The notes: generated from the letters alone by a model not told the origin. Positions 29,498 to 39,531 are shown, counted from the stretch's first letter. The stretch is DNA of 64,000 nucleotides from an uncultured Acidobacteriota bacterium (GCA_963823445.1 CAWGLT010000010.1:2760-66759); one strand, 5' to 3'. Program-made: numbers and translations.

Positions 29498-30607
29498 GTG
29501 ACGATCAGCGGCAACCTCCGGACGATGCCGTTCGCCGATCTGCTGCAATGGGTTTCCCAGAGCCGTAAGACCGGCACCCTGGCCATCGAGGGCGATCCCT
29601 ATAACAAGAAGATCTACTTCCGCAACGGTCTCGTCGTGGCGGGCTCGTCGGAAAGCCCGAAGGAGTTTCTCGGCTACTACCTCGTGGGTTGGAACCACGT
29701 CGGCGAGGACGAGCTCCAGGAACTCCTCGACATGCAGGAACAGTACAACACCCTGCTCGGCGAGCTTCTGGTGATCATCGGACGGCTGACCCGCGAAGAC
29801 CTCATGCACATTCTCCAGGTCAAGACCGAAGAGACCATCTACGACCTCTTCATGTGGGATGAGGGCGATTTCCGTTTTCTCGAGAACATCCTGCCGGCCA
29901 AGAAGTTCCAGCCCCTCAACCTGCCGGTGGACATGATCATCCTCGAAGGAGTTCGTCGCCGCGACGAGTGGATCAGGTGCGCGGAGAGCATCGCCGATGT
30001 CTCCTGGGTTCCGAAGCTCGTCCGCGCCGTCGATGTCCGCCAGATCGGTCAGACCGAGCTCGGGATTCTCCGCGAGATCGACGGCAGGAACAGCATCGAG
30101 CAGATCGCGTTGAACTGCCGGATCGCGACGTTTCACGTCATGTTCTTCGTCTTCCAGGGGCTCAAGCACGAGCTCTTCGAAATCCGTCCGCCCGACGAAG
30201 GCGAGTCGGAGATCCCCGGTTTTTCCTCCCGCGCCTGGCGGACCCTCATCCACGAGGCGGAGCTGCTCCTCGAGAGCGGCGATCTCGGTGGCGCCTACCG
30301 CCGGCTTTCCGACATTCGCGGCAAGTACGGCGGCCGACGCGAGGTGGGAGAGCTCGCGACCGGCCTCGAGGGGAACATCCGCCTCGCGGTCGACAGCCTC
30401 GACCTCGATCCGAGCGTCGTGCTCAAGTTGGCCATTCCCCCGAATGAGCTCACCTCCGTCCAGTGCACGCCGGAGGAGGGCTTTCTCCTTTCCCGGATCA
30501 ACGGCGTCTACAAGCTCGGCGAGATCCTCGCGATGGTACCGGGTCCCGACCTCGACAAACGGGTCATGGTCGCTTCGCTGGTGCGGCGGGAGATCGTGAA
30601 GAAGTAG
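29498..30607 (+). CDS. DUF4388 (PATAN-like) domain protein
   Basis: ISGNLRTMPFADLLQWVSQSRKTGTL, LFMWDEGDFRF, EGVRRRDEW. Confidence 0.85.
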   Translation: MTISGNLRTMPFADLLQWVSQSRKTGTLAIEGDPYNKKIYFRNGLVVAGSSESPKEFLGYYLVGWNHVGEDELQELLDMQEQYNTLLGELLVIIGRLTREDLMHILQVKTEETIYDLFMWDEGDFRFLENILPAKKFQPLNLPVDMIILEGVRRRDEWIRCAESIADVSWVPKLVRAVDVRQIGQTELGILREIDGRNSIEQIALNCRIATFHVMFFVFQGLKHELFEIRPPDEGESEIPGFSSRAWRTLIHEAELLLESGDLGGAYRRLSDIRGKYGGRREVGELATGLEGNIRLAVDSLDLDPSVVLKLAIPPNELTSVQCTPEEGFLLSRINGVYKLGEILAMVPGPDLDKRVMVASLVRREIVKK

Positions 30608-30611
30608 GAAG

Positions 30612-31003
30612 AAAACCGCAAGGACGCAGGGGACGCCAGGACATCGCAGCGTCGCCTCGCCGAAGCGTCGCAACCACGAAGACGCCAAGACGCGAAGACA
30701 TCGCACACGAAGCCATCGCAATGAACCTACTCAGAGATGCAGAACCGCCCTGCAGGAGCGGGCGGATTGTGGTGCGCGCGTCTCGCGCGCAGAGCTGACA
30801 TCGAGGGTCGGCAAACAACCTGAGCCGCCCGCGGGCGGGAAGCCCGCACCACAAAAGTCCTCGGCGCGGATTCGCGATCCTACCGGAGCCCCTACGTGAC
30901 CGCTTTGCGTCTTGGCGTTTTGGCGCTTGCGGCGGCGTGATGGTGCGATGGCTCGATGTTTCTGTGGTTTTCCCCTGCGATGTCCTGGCGTCCTTGCGGT
31001 TCA
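30612..31003. repeat. CATCGCA/TGCGATG mosaic cassette with central REP-like pair
   Basis: AACCGCAAGGACGC...CATCGCA left arm mirrored by TGCGATGTCCTGGCGTCCTTGCGGTT; TTGTGGTGCG...CGCACCACAA core. Confidence 0.8.
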
Positions 31004-31114
31004 CTTTGAGTTTGGCGGAATTTTTCCTCGCGAATGAGACTTGATTACAACAAGCCGAAGCAGACCATTCGGGTCCGGCCGAAAAACCAAGCTCATCATC
31101 AGGAGGAACCGACG

Positions 31115-31732
31115 ATGCCCAGATTCGAACTTCCAGCGCTTCCATACGCTTTCAACGCCCTCGAGCCGCACTTCGATGCCATGACCATGGAGATCCACCA
31201 CGGCAAGCATCATGCGGCCTATGTCGCCAACCTCAACGGCGCCCTCGACAAGCATCCCGAGCTCTTCGACCGTTCGCTCGACAGCCTGCTCGGCGATCTT
31301 TCGAGCGTTCCCGAGGACATCCGCACGGCGGTTCGCAACAACGGCGGCGGCCACGCCAACCACAGCTTCTTCTGGAAGCTTCTCAGCGCCGGCGGCGGAG
31401 GGAAGCCCAGCGGGGACCTCGCCGACGCCATCAACGGCGAGTTCGGCTCCTACGACAAGTTCAAGGAACTCTTCACCGCGGCGGGGATGACCCGTTTCGG
31501 ATCCGGTTGGGCCTGGCTCTCGGTGGATGGCGGCGGCAAGCTCGTCGTTTCCTCGACCGCCAACCAGGACACGCCGATCTCCGACGGCCTCAAACCGGTG
31601 GTCGGTCTCGATGTCTGGGAACACGCCTACTACCTCAAGTATCAGAACCGGCGCCCCGACTACATCGGCGCCTTCTGGAACGTGATCAACTGGAATCAGG
31701 CTGCGGAGAACTTCGCCAAAGCCCAGGGCTGA
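31115..31732 (+). CDS. sodA: Superoxide dismutase (Mn/Fe family, Mn-like signature)
   Basis: [39 protein letters not shown]. Confidence 0.95.
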   Translation: MPRFELPALPYAFNALEPHFDAMTMEIHHGKHHAAYVANLNGALDKHPELFDRSLDSLLGDLSSVPEDIRTAVRNNGGGHANHSFFWKLLSAGGGGKPSGDLADAINGEFGSYDKFKELFTAAGMTRFGSGWAWLSVDGGGKLVVSSTANQDTPISDGLKPVVGLDVWEHAYYLKYQNRRPDYIGAFWNVINWNQAAENFAKAQG

Positions 31733-31762
31733 TCTCTCAGTAACAGGAAACGAGGACCAATC

Positions 31763-31797
31763 ACCCCCGGCAGACAGCTGCCGGGGGCATTTTTTTC
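31763..31797 (+). terminator. Rho-independent terminator after sodA
   Basis: CCCCCGGCAG-ACAG-CTGCCGGGGG followed by a T run. Confidence 0.8.
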
Positions 31798-31799
31798 GA

Positions 31800-32330
31800 A
31801 AGCGCGAGGACGCCAAGACGTATCGTCATTGCAGCGTCGTGATTGAACCACAGAGGCAGCAGAGACACAGAGGAGGACACAGAGACATCGCATTTCTCAG
31901 CCATCGCACATCGCAAATGGGACACGGATTTCACGGATCCATCGCACACCGTACCATCGCACCGTCGCAAGCACGAAGACGCCAAGACGCGAAGGTAGCG
32001 CAAAGACATCGCATCAATTTTTGGACACGGATTTCACGGATGAATCGGATCTTTCAGATCGGACCCCATCCGGTGATTCAACGCGAACCGGCCGGGCAGC
32101 CACGGCTCGGAGCCGTGGCCTCGCGGTGAGGGAAGATCGATCGTCAAACCTCGACGCTTGCCGATCGACCTTCCCGCACCACGGGTCGTTCCTACGGAAC
32201 GCCCACCCGGCCTCGGTGGCTGCATGGATCCGTGTCATCCGCGAAATCCGTGTCCCATTTGCGATGTACGATGACTCAATAGTGCGATGTCTCTGTGTCC
32301 CTCTCTGTGCCTCCGTGCCTCTGTGGTTTA
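31800..32330. repeat. CATCGCA/TGCGATG mosaic cassette C
   Basis: AACCACAGAGG..CACAGAG..CATCGCA arm mirrored at 32283-32328; CACGGATTT units; inverted copy of the structured module. Confidence 0.85.
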
Positions 32331-32364
32331 TACGGGATGGCCTCGTGGTTGTGACGGCTTGTGC

Positions 32365-33192
32365 CTATTTGCCACCCCAGGGATCGGGAGCGAAGTCGAA
32401 GTCATCGAAGCTCAGCGCGCGTTCGCGTCGCGCGAGCGCCCGCTCTTCTTCGTACGACGGCAGCACGCCGAGTTGGACGAGCTGCTGGCGGTATTCGTAG
32501 CGCAGCCTGAGGTGCGCGGCAGGGCTCGACTCGAGCTCCATCCGGACTCGCGTGACCCGGTTGTCGATCCTGCGGCCGATCCCGGTTGCGGCCATGTCGT
32601 CGTCGAGGGTTTCGGTGGGCGCGGGCGCCGCCTTTCCGGCGGTCCGTGGTGCCGATGACTCACTGGAACCCATCCGGGCCGAGTCCTTCTTCTCCTGCTC
32701 CAGGTAGGGGCGACGCGGCGGGGGAGGGGGCAGGTACTCGCGGAAGGCGACCGCCTCGATCACACCGAGATTCGAGGTCTTGCCCAACCACGCGCCGTAG
32801 CTTCGGTCCTCGCTGGTGAAGAAGAACTTTCGAGCGGCGTCGGGGCCGATCTGCCAACCCTCGATGGTGATGGTCTGCCAGGGGTCGAGCACCCATTTGC
32901 TGGCCATTTGCGCGCTTCCGGTCTTGGCGTCGATGGTGTTGAGGCCGTCGACGGCGAGCGCCACCGCCATTCTTCGGCCGGTGCGGTTCTTCAGGCGGAG
33001 GGAGTACTCGGCGTGCTTCACCGCCTCGATGTAGGTGGCATTGCGGGCTGCAAGCTCGTTGAGCGGTCTGCCGTCGACGAGAATCTCGAGGGAAAGGGCG
33101 CTGTCTTCGATGGCGGATGCCTGTGGTACCCCCACGAGGGAGACGGCGGTGACGATGGCGATGAGCATGAAGTGGCGGGCGGCGTGTTGCAT
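32365..33192 (-). CDS. Conserved-looking secreted hypothetical protein
   Basis: Signal peptide, AAGGAG RBS, VALAVDGLNTID, TIEGWQ, LGVIEAVAFRE, ATGIG. Confidence 0.75.
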   Translation of the reverse strand: MQHAARHFMLIAIVTAVSLVGVPQASAIEDSALSLEILVDGRPLNELAARNATYIEAVKHAEYSLRLKNRTGRRMAVALAVDGLNTIDAKTGSAQMASKWVLDPWQTITIEGWQIGPDAARKFFFTSEDRSYGAWLGKTSNLGVIEAVAFREYLPPPPPRRPYLEQEKKDSARMGSSESSAPRTAGKAAPAPTETLDDDMAATGIGRRIDNRVTRVRMELESSPAAHLRLRYEYRQQLVQLGVLPSYEEERALARRERALSFDDFDFAPDPWGGK

Positions 33193-33280
33193 CGGCTTCT
33201 CCTTGTGCGTGTTTCTCGGACCCGCACAGTGAGAGGTCGACCGCGCCGAAGAGTTCCAAGATCCGTATCCGGGAGAGCTG

Positions 33281-33790
33281 GCATCGCACCATCGCATTTC
33301 TTCACCGCAAAGACGCAAGGGTCGCAAAGGCATCGCAAATCATCCCATCCGATCCGGACGGCGGAGTCGGCACCGGTCTACGACCGCCGCCACCGTGGAA
33401 TCGTGCTGTCGATCCGAAAGCCAGCTTTCGTTCCGCCAGCCCGATCCCACGGCCACGGTGCTCGGAGCACAGCGGCTCCGCCTTGGCGATTCCGGGAGAG
33501 GGGGCTCTCGATCTATTTTGAGGGGGGAGACCGCGGCGTTGTCGACTTCGCCGGTGCGCCTGAGGGATTCGAGGGTTTTTGTGGCGCCGGCGTCTCGCCG
33601 GCGATGGGACGTCGATAGAACCCGTATCCAATACGCTGCTTCAATGCGTGCGGTGCAGGCGGGACGCCCGCACTACAGAGGATCGAGCGCCTTTGCGTTG
33701 AATTGCAATGGGCGATGTCCTTGCGTTCCTTGCGCCCTTGCGGTTTTCTCCTTCGATGCCCGCTGTGTCTCCATGCCTTTGTGGTGAATC
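33281..33790. repeat. CATCGCA/TGCGATG mosaic cassette D
   Basis: Shares modules with A (22646-22725) and B (24907-25130). Confidence 0.85.
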
Positions 33791-33818
33791 ACGATCGCCG
33801 CAGAGAGCGGGATCGTCG

Positions 33819-35216
33819 CTACACCGTCCGGGAGAACCTGGGTGCGTCGGGGCCGGTGTCGCCGAGATACGCATCGAAAGGCATGCAGAGGTTCCGCAGG
33901 AAGAATCGACCCCGCGGCGTGACCGTGAGGCCGTCGGCGCTGATTTCCACCAGGCCGTCTCCGGCCATGGGCGCGAGATCCTCGAGAGCGTCGGCGAAGT
34001 GCTCGCGCGGGTCGATGCCGAACTTCGCCTCGACCCAGTCGTGGTCGAGGCGCAGGGTGCAGATGATCCGGTTGATGACAGCGCGCCGGAGCTCGTCCTC
34101 GGCTGTTCGCACCAGACCGCGTTCCACCGGGAGCCGCCCGGCCTCGATGCTGCGTTTGTAGGCCGGGAGCTTCTTCGCGTTGGCGGCGTAGGCCCCCGCG
34201 ACGTCACCGATGGAGGTCACGCCGACCCCGACCTGGTCGGCGGCGGGCATGACCGTGTAGCCCATGAAGTTGCGGTGGATCCGATCCTCGGTGAGGGCGC
34301 GGGCGAGGTCGTCATCGGGCCGGGCGAAGTGATCGAAACCGACAAAGGCGTAGCCGGCCTCGACAAACTCGCGGGCGGCGCCGGTGAAGAGCGAGAACTT
34401 CTCCCATCCGCCGGGCAGGGCTGTCTCGTCGAGCTGCTTCTGGTGCGGTTTGATCCACGGGACGTGGGCGTAGGAGAAACAGGCCACCCGGTCGGGCGCG
34501 AGCTCGGTGATCACCGAGCGGACGCAGTCCCTGAAGCCGGCCTCGGTCTGGAGCGGGAGCCCGTAGATGAGATCGATGTTGACCGAGGTGAAGCCGAGCC
34601 GGCGGGCTTCGTCGACCTGCTCCTTCGTGAGCTCGAGAGGCTGGATCCGCTTGACCGCCCGTTGGACCTCGGGGTTGGTGTCCTGGAGCCCCATGGAGAT
34701 CCGGTTGAAGCCGAGCCGGGCGAGGGTGCTCAGGTGATCCATGGTGGTCACGCACGGATCGACCTCGATGGCGACCTCGGCGCCGGCGGCGAGGGGAAAC
34801 CTGCTGGTGATGGCGTCGAAGAGGCGTTCGCACTGCTCCGGCGAAAGGAAGGTCGGGGTGCCGCCGCCCCAGTGGAGCTGGTTGAGGCCGCGTCTGGTTC
34901 CGAGAGCGGGGGCGAGGAGATCGAGCTCGCGCTCGAGGGTGTCCAGGTAGTCCTCTTCAGGACCGCGGTGGGGTGAGATGACGACGTTGCAGCCGCAAAA
35001 GGTGCAGCGCTCGTGGCAGAACGGCAGATGGACGTACATCGAGAGCGGCTCGTCCGCCCGCGCCGACGCCAGGCTCAGCCGTTCGCAGTACGCCTCCTCA
35101 TCGAATGCCTCGGAGAAGTGCGGCGCGGTCGGATACGAGGTGTAGCGCGGACCGGGACGGTCGTAGCGCCGCAACAGATCGGGACTCAGCCCATCAAGAT
35201 CGAGGACGTTCTTCAT
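33819..35216 (-). CDS. hemN: Oxygen-independent coproporphyrinogen III oxidase
   Basis: GPRYTSYPTA, CHERCTFCGC, WGGGTP, RNFMGY. Confidence 0.95.
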   Translation of the reverse strand: MKNVLDLDGLSPDLLRRYDRPGPRYTSYPTAPHFSEAFDEEAYCERLSLASARADEPLSMYVHLPFCHERCTFCGCNVVISPHRGPEEDYLDTLERELDLLAPALGTRRGLNQLHWGGGTPTFLSPEQCERLFDAITSRFPLAAGAEVAIEVDPCVTTMDHLSTLARLGFNRISMGLQDTNPEVQRAVKRIQPLELTKEQVDEARRLGFTSVNIDLIYGLPLQTEAGFRDCVRSVITELAPDRVACFSYAHVPWIKPHQKQLDETALPGGWEKFSLFTGAAREFVEAGYAFVGFDHFARPDDDLARALTEDRIHRNFMGYTVMPAADQVGVGVTSIGDVAGAYAANAKKLPAYKRSIEAGRLPVERGLVRTAEDELRRAVINRIICTLRLDHDWVEAKFGIDPREHFADALEDLAPMAGDGLVEISADGLTVTPRGRFFLRNLCMPFDAYLGDTGPDAPRFSRTV

Positions 35217-35242
35217 CGTGACACCGAGGCCCGGCGGGTACG

Positions 35243-35332
35243 TTGAATTTTTAATTTTGAATTCTCAATTTTAAATTTCCAGCGCAAATGCTGTCCGGAA
35301 TTAAGAATTAAAAATTGAGAATTAAAAATTAA
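35243..35332. repeat. AT-rich heptamer palindromic element; supplies the hemE stop
   Basis: AATTTT/AATTCTC arm, spacer, GAATTAA arm. Confidence 0.85.
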
Positions 35333-36365
35333 CATGGTCGTGCTCGTAGCGAAAACGTTGAATGGTCTCCACAAACGTCGAGACCGCGCGAACCGGGACG
35401 TCCGGCGTGATCCCGTGGCCGAGATTGGCGATATAACCTCGGCGTGGGGCGATGTCGAGCATCGCCAATGTCCGAGCTCTGATCGCATCGTCAGGACCCA
35501 TGAGCACTCCCGGGTCGAGATTGCCCTGGAGGACGTGGTCGGGCAGCGCCCGCGCCGCCATGGCCAGGTCCGCACGCCAGTCGAGACCGATGACCTCGCA
35601 CGGCAGCTCGCGCATATCGTGCAGCAGGTGTGATCCGCCGTTGGCGAAGTAGATCCTCGGCACTCCGAGATCGGCGGTGGCCTCGAGCAACCGCCGCGCC
35701 GGCCGCAGCGCCCACCGTCGAGCATCCTCGGCGCCGAGCGCCCCGATCCAGGAATCGAAGATCTGGACAGCCTGCGCCCCGTGCTCGACCTGATCGCGGA
35801 GATAGACCGCCATGGCGTCGGCGATCCGGTCGACAAAGGCGTCGAAGATCTCGGGGTGGTGGTGAGCCAGGGCCTTGGCTCGGGTGAAGGACTTCGATGT
35901 TCCCCCCTCGACGAGGTAGGTGGCGAGGGTCCAGGGAGCGCCGCAGAAACCGATGAGCGCGGTCTCGGGTCCGAGGCCGGCCCGCACGCGTTCGAGGGTT
36001 TCACCGAGAAACTCGGTTCCCCGCCACGGATCGGGAAAGCGCAAGCGGTCGAGATCGTCCGGTTTGCGAATGGGGTTGGCGATGTGGGGGGCGGGGCTGA
36101 AGGTGAGCTCGATCCCCGCGGGCACCAGCGGCGTCAGGATATCTGAAAAGACGATGGCGGCGTCGAAGCCGAATCGTCGGATGGGCTGCAGGGTGACCTC
36201 GGCGGCGATCTCCGGGTTGCGGCACATGGTCAGAAAGTCGCCGGCCTGCCTGCGGATCTCGCGGTACTCAGGCAGGTACCTCCCTGCCTGCCGCATCACC
36301 CAGACCGGCGGGCGATCGACCTCCTCTGAAGCACACGCCCGTAAGAAGCGGTTCATTTCCGGCAT
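35322..36365 (-). CDS. hemE: Uroporphyrinogen decarboxylase
   Basis: PVWVMRQAGRYLPEY, FSDIL, QGNLDP, NLGHGI. Confidence 0.96.
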   Translation of the reverse strand: MPEMNRFLRACASEEVDRPPVWVMRQAGRYLPEYREIRRQAGDFLTMCRNPEIAAEVTLQPIRRFGFDAAIVFSDILTPLVPAGIELTFSPAPHIANPIRKPDDLDRLRFPDPWRGTEFLGETLERVRAGLGPETALIGFCGAPWTLATYLVEGGTSKSFTRAKALAHHHPEIFDAFVDRIADAMAVYLRDQVEHGAQAVQIFDSWIGALGAEDARRWALRPARRLLEATADLGVPRIYFANGGSHLLHDMRELPCEVIGLDWRADLAMAARALPDHVLQGNLDPGVLMGPDDAIRARTLAMLDIAPRRGYIANLGHGITPDVPVRAVSTFVETIQRFRYEHDHVNF

Positions 36366-36388
36366 TGTGTCATCTCCGATCCGCTAAC

Positions 36389-36534
36389 GAAATTCTCAAT
36401 TTTGAATTCTAAATTTTTAATTGACATCGCACGGGTCGACCGACCCCGAAGGAGCAGTCCTGAGATTCTGGAATATCTGATATTCCTCCCAAGAACATTC
36501 CGCAATTAAGAATTAAGAATTGAGAATTAACAAT
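36389..36534. repeat. AT-rich heptamer palindromic element; supplies the hemL stop
   Basis: Heptamer arm-CATCGCA-long spacer-heptamer arm. Confidence 0.85.
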
Positions 36535-37837
36535 TGTCTCCACCGATCTCCGAAACCGCCTCATCCATGGCTGCAATCGTCTCGTCGATGACCGCCTCGT
36601 CATGCGCCGCCGAAACGAAGGTGACTTCATACGCCGACGGCGCCAGATACACCCCACGCTCGAGCAGTGCCGCGTGGAGCTTGGCGTATCTGGCGGCGGC
36701 GCCCGAGTCGATCGCCTCGGCGGTGACCGGGGTCGGGCCGTCCTGCAGAGCCAGCCACAGGATCGAACCCCGGCGGACCACGGTCCAACCGAGATCGTGG
36801 TCCTCGAAAACCCCACGGATGCCGGTCTCGAGCCGGGCGCCCAGCGCTTCGAGCTCGGTCCACACCCGGCCGTCGTCGGCGAGGAGCGTTTTCAGCGTTG
36901 CGGCGCCCGCCGCCATGGCGACGGGGTTGCCCGACAGCGTTCCCGCCTGGTAGATCGGACCGAGCGGTGCGAGCCGTTCCATGTGCTCGCGCTTGCCCCC
37001 GTAGGCGCCGACCGGCATCCCGCCGCCGATGATCTTGCCGTAGGTCACGAGGTCCGGCTCGATGCCGTAGTACCCCGCGGCGCCGTCGGGGCCGAGCCGG
37101 AAACCGGTGATGACCTCGTCGAAGATGAGCATGGAACCGTGCTTCGTGCACTCGTCGCGGAGCGCCGCGACATACTGCGCGGTCTGCGGGAGCAGGCCGT
37201 TATTGGCGGGGATGCCCTCGATGATGACCGCAGCGATCTCGCGGCCGTGCTCGGTCATCAGCTTTCTGAACGCGGCCTCGTCATCGAGGGGCAGCAGCAG
37301 GGTGTGTCCCGCCGACGAAGCAGGAACCCCTGCCGATGACGGGGTGCCGAAGGTGGCGAGGCCCGAGCCGGCAGCGACGAGCAGGTAGTCGGCGTGGCCG
37401 TGATAGCAGCCGGTGAACTTGACGATGGCGTCGCGGCCCGTGACGCCGCGGGCGAGCCTGACCGCCGACATCACCGCCTCGGTTCCCGATGACACGAATC
37501 GCACCATCTCGAGGAAGGGCACGGTGTCGACGACCATCTCGGCGAGGGTGATTTCTTCGATGCACGGCGCGCCATAGGAGGTGCCCTTGGCGGCGGCGGT
37601 CTGAACCGCCGAGACGACCGCGGGGTGGGCGTGGCCGAGGATCAACGGACCCCAGGAACCGACGTAGTCGATGAAGCTCCGCCCGTCGGCGTCGGTGAAA
37701 CGGCAGCCGGCGGCCGCGGCGAAGAAGATCGGTTCGCCCCCCACCGAGCCGAAGGCGCGCACCGGCGAGTTGACGCCGGCCGGCATGAGCCGGCAGGCCC
37801 TGGCGTAGAGCTCCGACGAACGCGGCCCGGCGGTCAC
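36527..37837 (-). CDS. hemL: Glutamate-1-semialdehyde 2,1-aminomutase
   Basis: GVNSPVRAF, SGTEAVMSA, FDEVITGFR, GKIIGGG; GTG start overlapping the hemB stop. Confidence 0.94.
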   Translation of the reverse strand: MTAGPRSSELYARACRLMPAGVNSPVRAFGSVGGEPIFFAAAAGCRFTDADGRSFIDYVGSWGPLILGHAHPAVVSAVQTAAAKGTSYGAPCIEEITLAEMVVDTVPFLEMVRFVSSGTEAVMSAVRLARGVTGRDAIVKFTGCYHGHADYLLVAAGSGLATFGTPSSAGVPASSAGHTLLLPLDDEAAFRKLMTEHGREIAAVIIEGIPANNGLLPQTAQYVAALRDECTKHGSMLIFDEVITGFRLGPDGAAGYYGIEPDLVTYGKIIGGGMPVGAYGGKREHMERLAPLGPIYQAGTLSGNPVAMAAGAATLKTLLADDGRVWTELEALGARLETGIRGVFEDHDLGWTVVRRGSILWLALQDGPTPVTAEAIDSGAAARYAKLHAALLERGVYLAPSAYEVTFVSAAHDEAVIDETIAAMDEAVSEIGGDNC

Positions 37838-38818
37838 AGCCAGCCCTCGGCAAGCGCCATCCGGCCGTGGTAGGTGATGAGGATGTCGGCGCCGGCGCGG
37901 CGGATGGCGTGCCAGTTCTCGAGCACGATGGCGCGCTCGTCGATCCAGCCCCGTTCGGCGGCGGCCTTGACCATGGAGTACTCGCCCGAGACGTTGTAGA
38001 CGGCGAGCGGCAAGGGGAAGGCCTCGCGCGAGATCCGAGATCACGTCGAGATAGGCCAGCGCCGGTTTGACCATGAGGATGTCGGCGCCCTCGTCGACGT
38101 CGAGCTGGGCTTCGCGCAGGGCCTCGCGACGATTGCGGGCATCCATCTGGTAGGACCGTCGGTCGCCCATGGCGGGCGCCGAGTCGGCGGCCTCACGGAA
38201 GGGTCCGTAGTAGGCCGACGCGTACTTGACCGAGTAGGACATGATCGCGGTCTCCACCAGACCGTGACCGTCGAGGACGTCGCGAATCGCGCCGACGCGG
38301 CCGTCCATCATGTCCGACGGCGCCACCACGTCGGCGCCGGCGCGGGCGTGGGACAACGCCATGGCGGCGAGGTGGGGGAGGCTGGAGTCGTTGTCGATCC
38401 TGCCTTCTTTGATGAGCCCGCAGTGGCCGTGGTCGGTGTAGGCGCAGAGACAGACATCGGTCATCACCGTGAGATCCGCGCCGAAACGGTCCTTGAGCGC
38501 GGCGACCGCGGTGGCCACCACATTGCCGTCGGCCGCCGCCGCGCGCCCGTCGGGACTCTTCTCGCGCTCGTCCGGGACGCCGAAGATGAGCGCGGCGCGG
38601 ATCCCGAGATCGTAGTCGGCGGCAACCGTCTCCACCAGCCTGTCGACCGATTGGTGGGCGATCCCGGGCATGGCGTCGATGGGGTGGGAGACATTCTTCC
38701 CGGGAACGACAAAGTGCGGCTGCACGAGCATCTTCGCGTCCAACCGCGCTTCAGCCACGAGGTCGCGCAGGGCGGCGGTTGTGCGCAAACGGCGCGGTCT
38801 GACGATCAAATCCGACAT
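37834..38818 (-). CDS. hemB: Porphobilinogen synthase; frameshift near 38030
   Basis: RPRRLR, DVCLCAYTDHGHCG, APSDMMDG, MVKPAL; AVYNVSGEYSMVKA...ITYHG in the other frame. Confidence 0.9.
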
Positions 38819-39531
38819 AGCTCCTCCGCTAGGGAATCAAGACTGGGTTCGGGCGGAATCAGACAATCGATGCCGAGGGACCGCGCGGCATCGCGGGTCG
38901 TCGGTCCCAGGGCCCAGTGGGGGCATGGGAGCGGCAGCCCGCCGACGCCCTCGAGATAGAGCCGGGCGGCGCGGGGCGAGGTCACCACCACCGCGTCGAG
39001 GCCGGGCCCGAGGGGCGGCAGCTCACGCGGCGGCGTCGCGCGCATGCGGTAGACCACCACGGGCACCACGGTGTGGCCGGCGGCTGCCAGCGCATCCGGC
39101 AACTCGGGCCGGCGGTGATGGCCGCAGGCGTAGATCACCGTGGCGGGCGCGGCCGGTTTGGTGCTGAAGACCTCGGCGAGCCCGATGCCGGTTCCCGGCC
39201 CGATGAGATCCGGCTCGAGGCCGGCCGCCGACGATGCGGCGGCGGTGCCGTCACCGATCACCGCGACGGGGATGTCGAGCAGCCGCCCGGCGCCGCGTCG
39301 GCGACACTGCGCGACAAAGCGCTCGGGGGCCCGGGGCGAGGCCATGACGAGCCACACCGGCCGGCCGTCGGCGCCGGTGATCTCCTCCACCGCGGCCCAG
39401 CCCGCGTCGTCGTCCACATCCTCGAGCCGAAGCACCGGGTACGGGCGGAGGGTGATGCCGCAGGGAGCGAGCTTTTCCTGAAGCTCGGCGCAGTCGGCGG
39501 GGTGGCGGGTGATGAGAACGAAGCGGTTCAT
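38806..39531 (-). CDS. hemD: Uroporphyrinogen-III synthase
   Basis: VLITR, ASPRA, IGDGTA, VVVYR, TSPRAA, LGPTT; lies between hemC and hemB. Confidence 0.85.
   Translation of the reverse strand: MNRFVLITRHPADCAELQEKLAPCGITLRPYPVLRLEDVDDDAGWAAVEEITGADGRPVWLVMASPRAPERFVAQCRRRGAGRLLDIPVAVIGDGTAAASSAAGLEPDLIGPGTGIGLAEVFSTKPAAPATVIYACGHHRRPELPDALAAAGHTVVPVVVYRMRATPPRELPPLGPGLDAVVVTSPRAARLYLEGVGGLPLPCPHWALGPTTRDAARSLGIDCLIPPEPSLDSLAEELCRI

Noticed and set aside
36527..38818. 763-aa HemB-HemL fusion in the ORF track
   Set aside because: Artefact of a frameshift near 38030; the HemB C-terminus and stop exist in another frame and hemL has its own GTG start.
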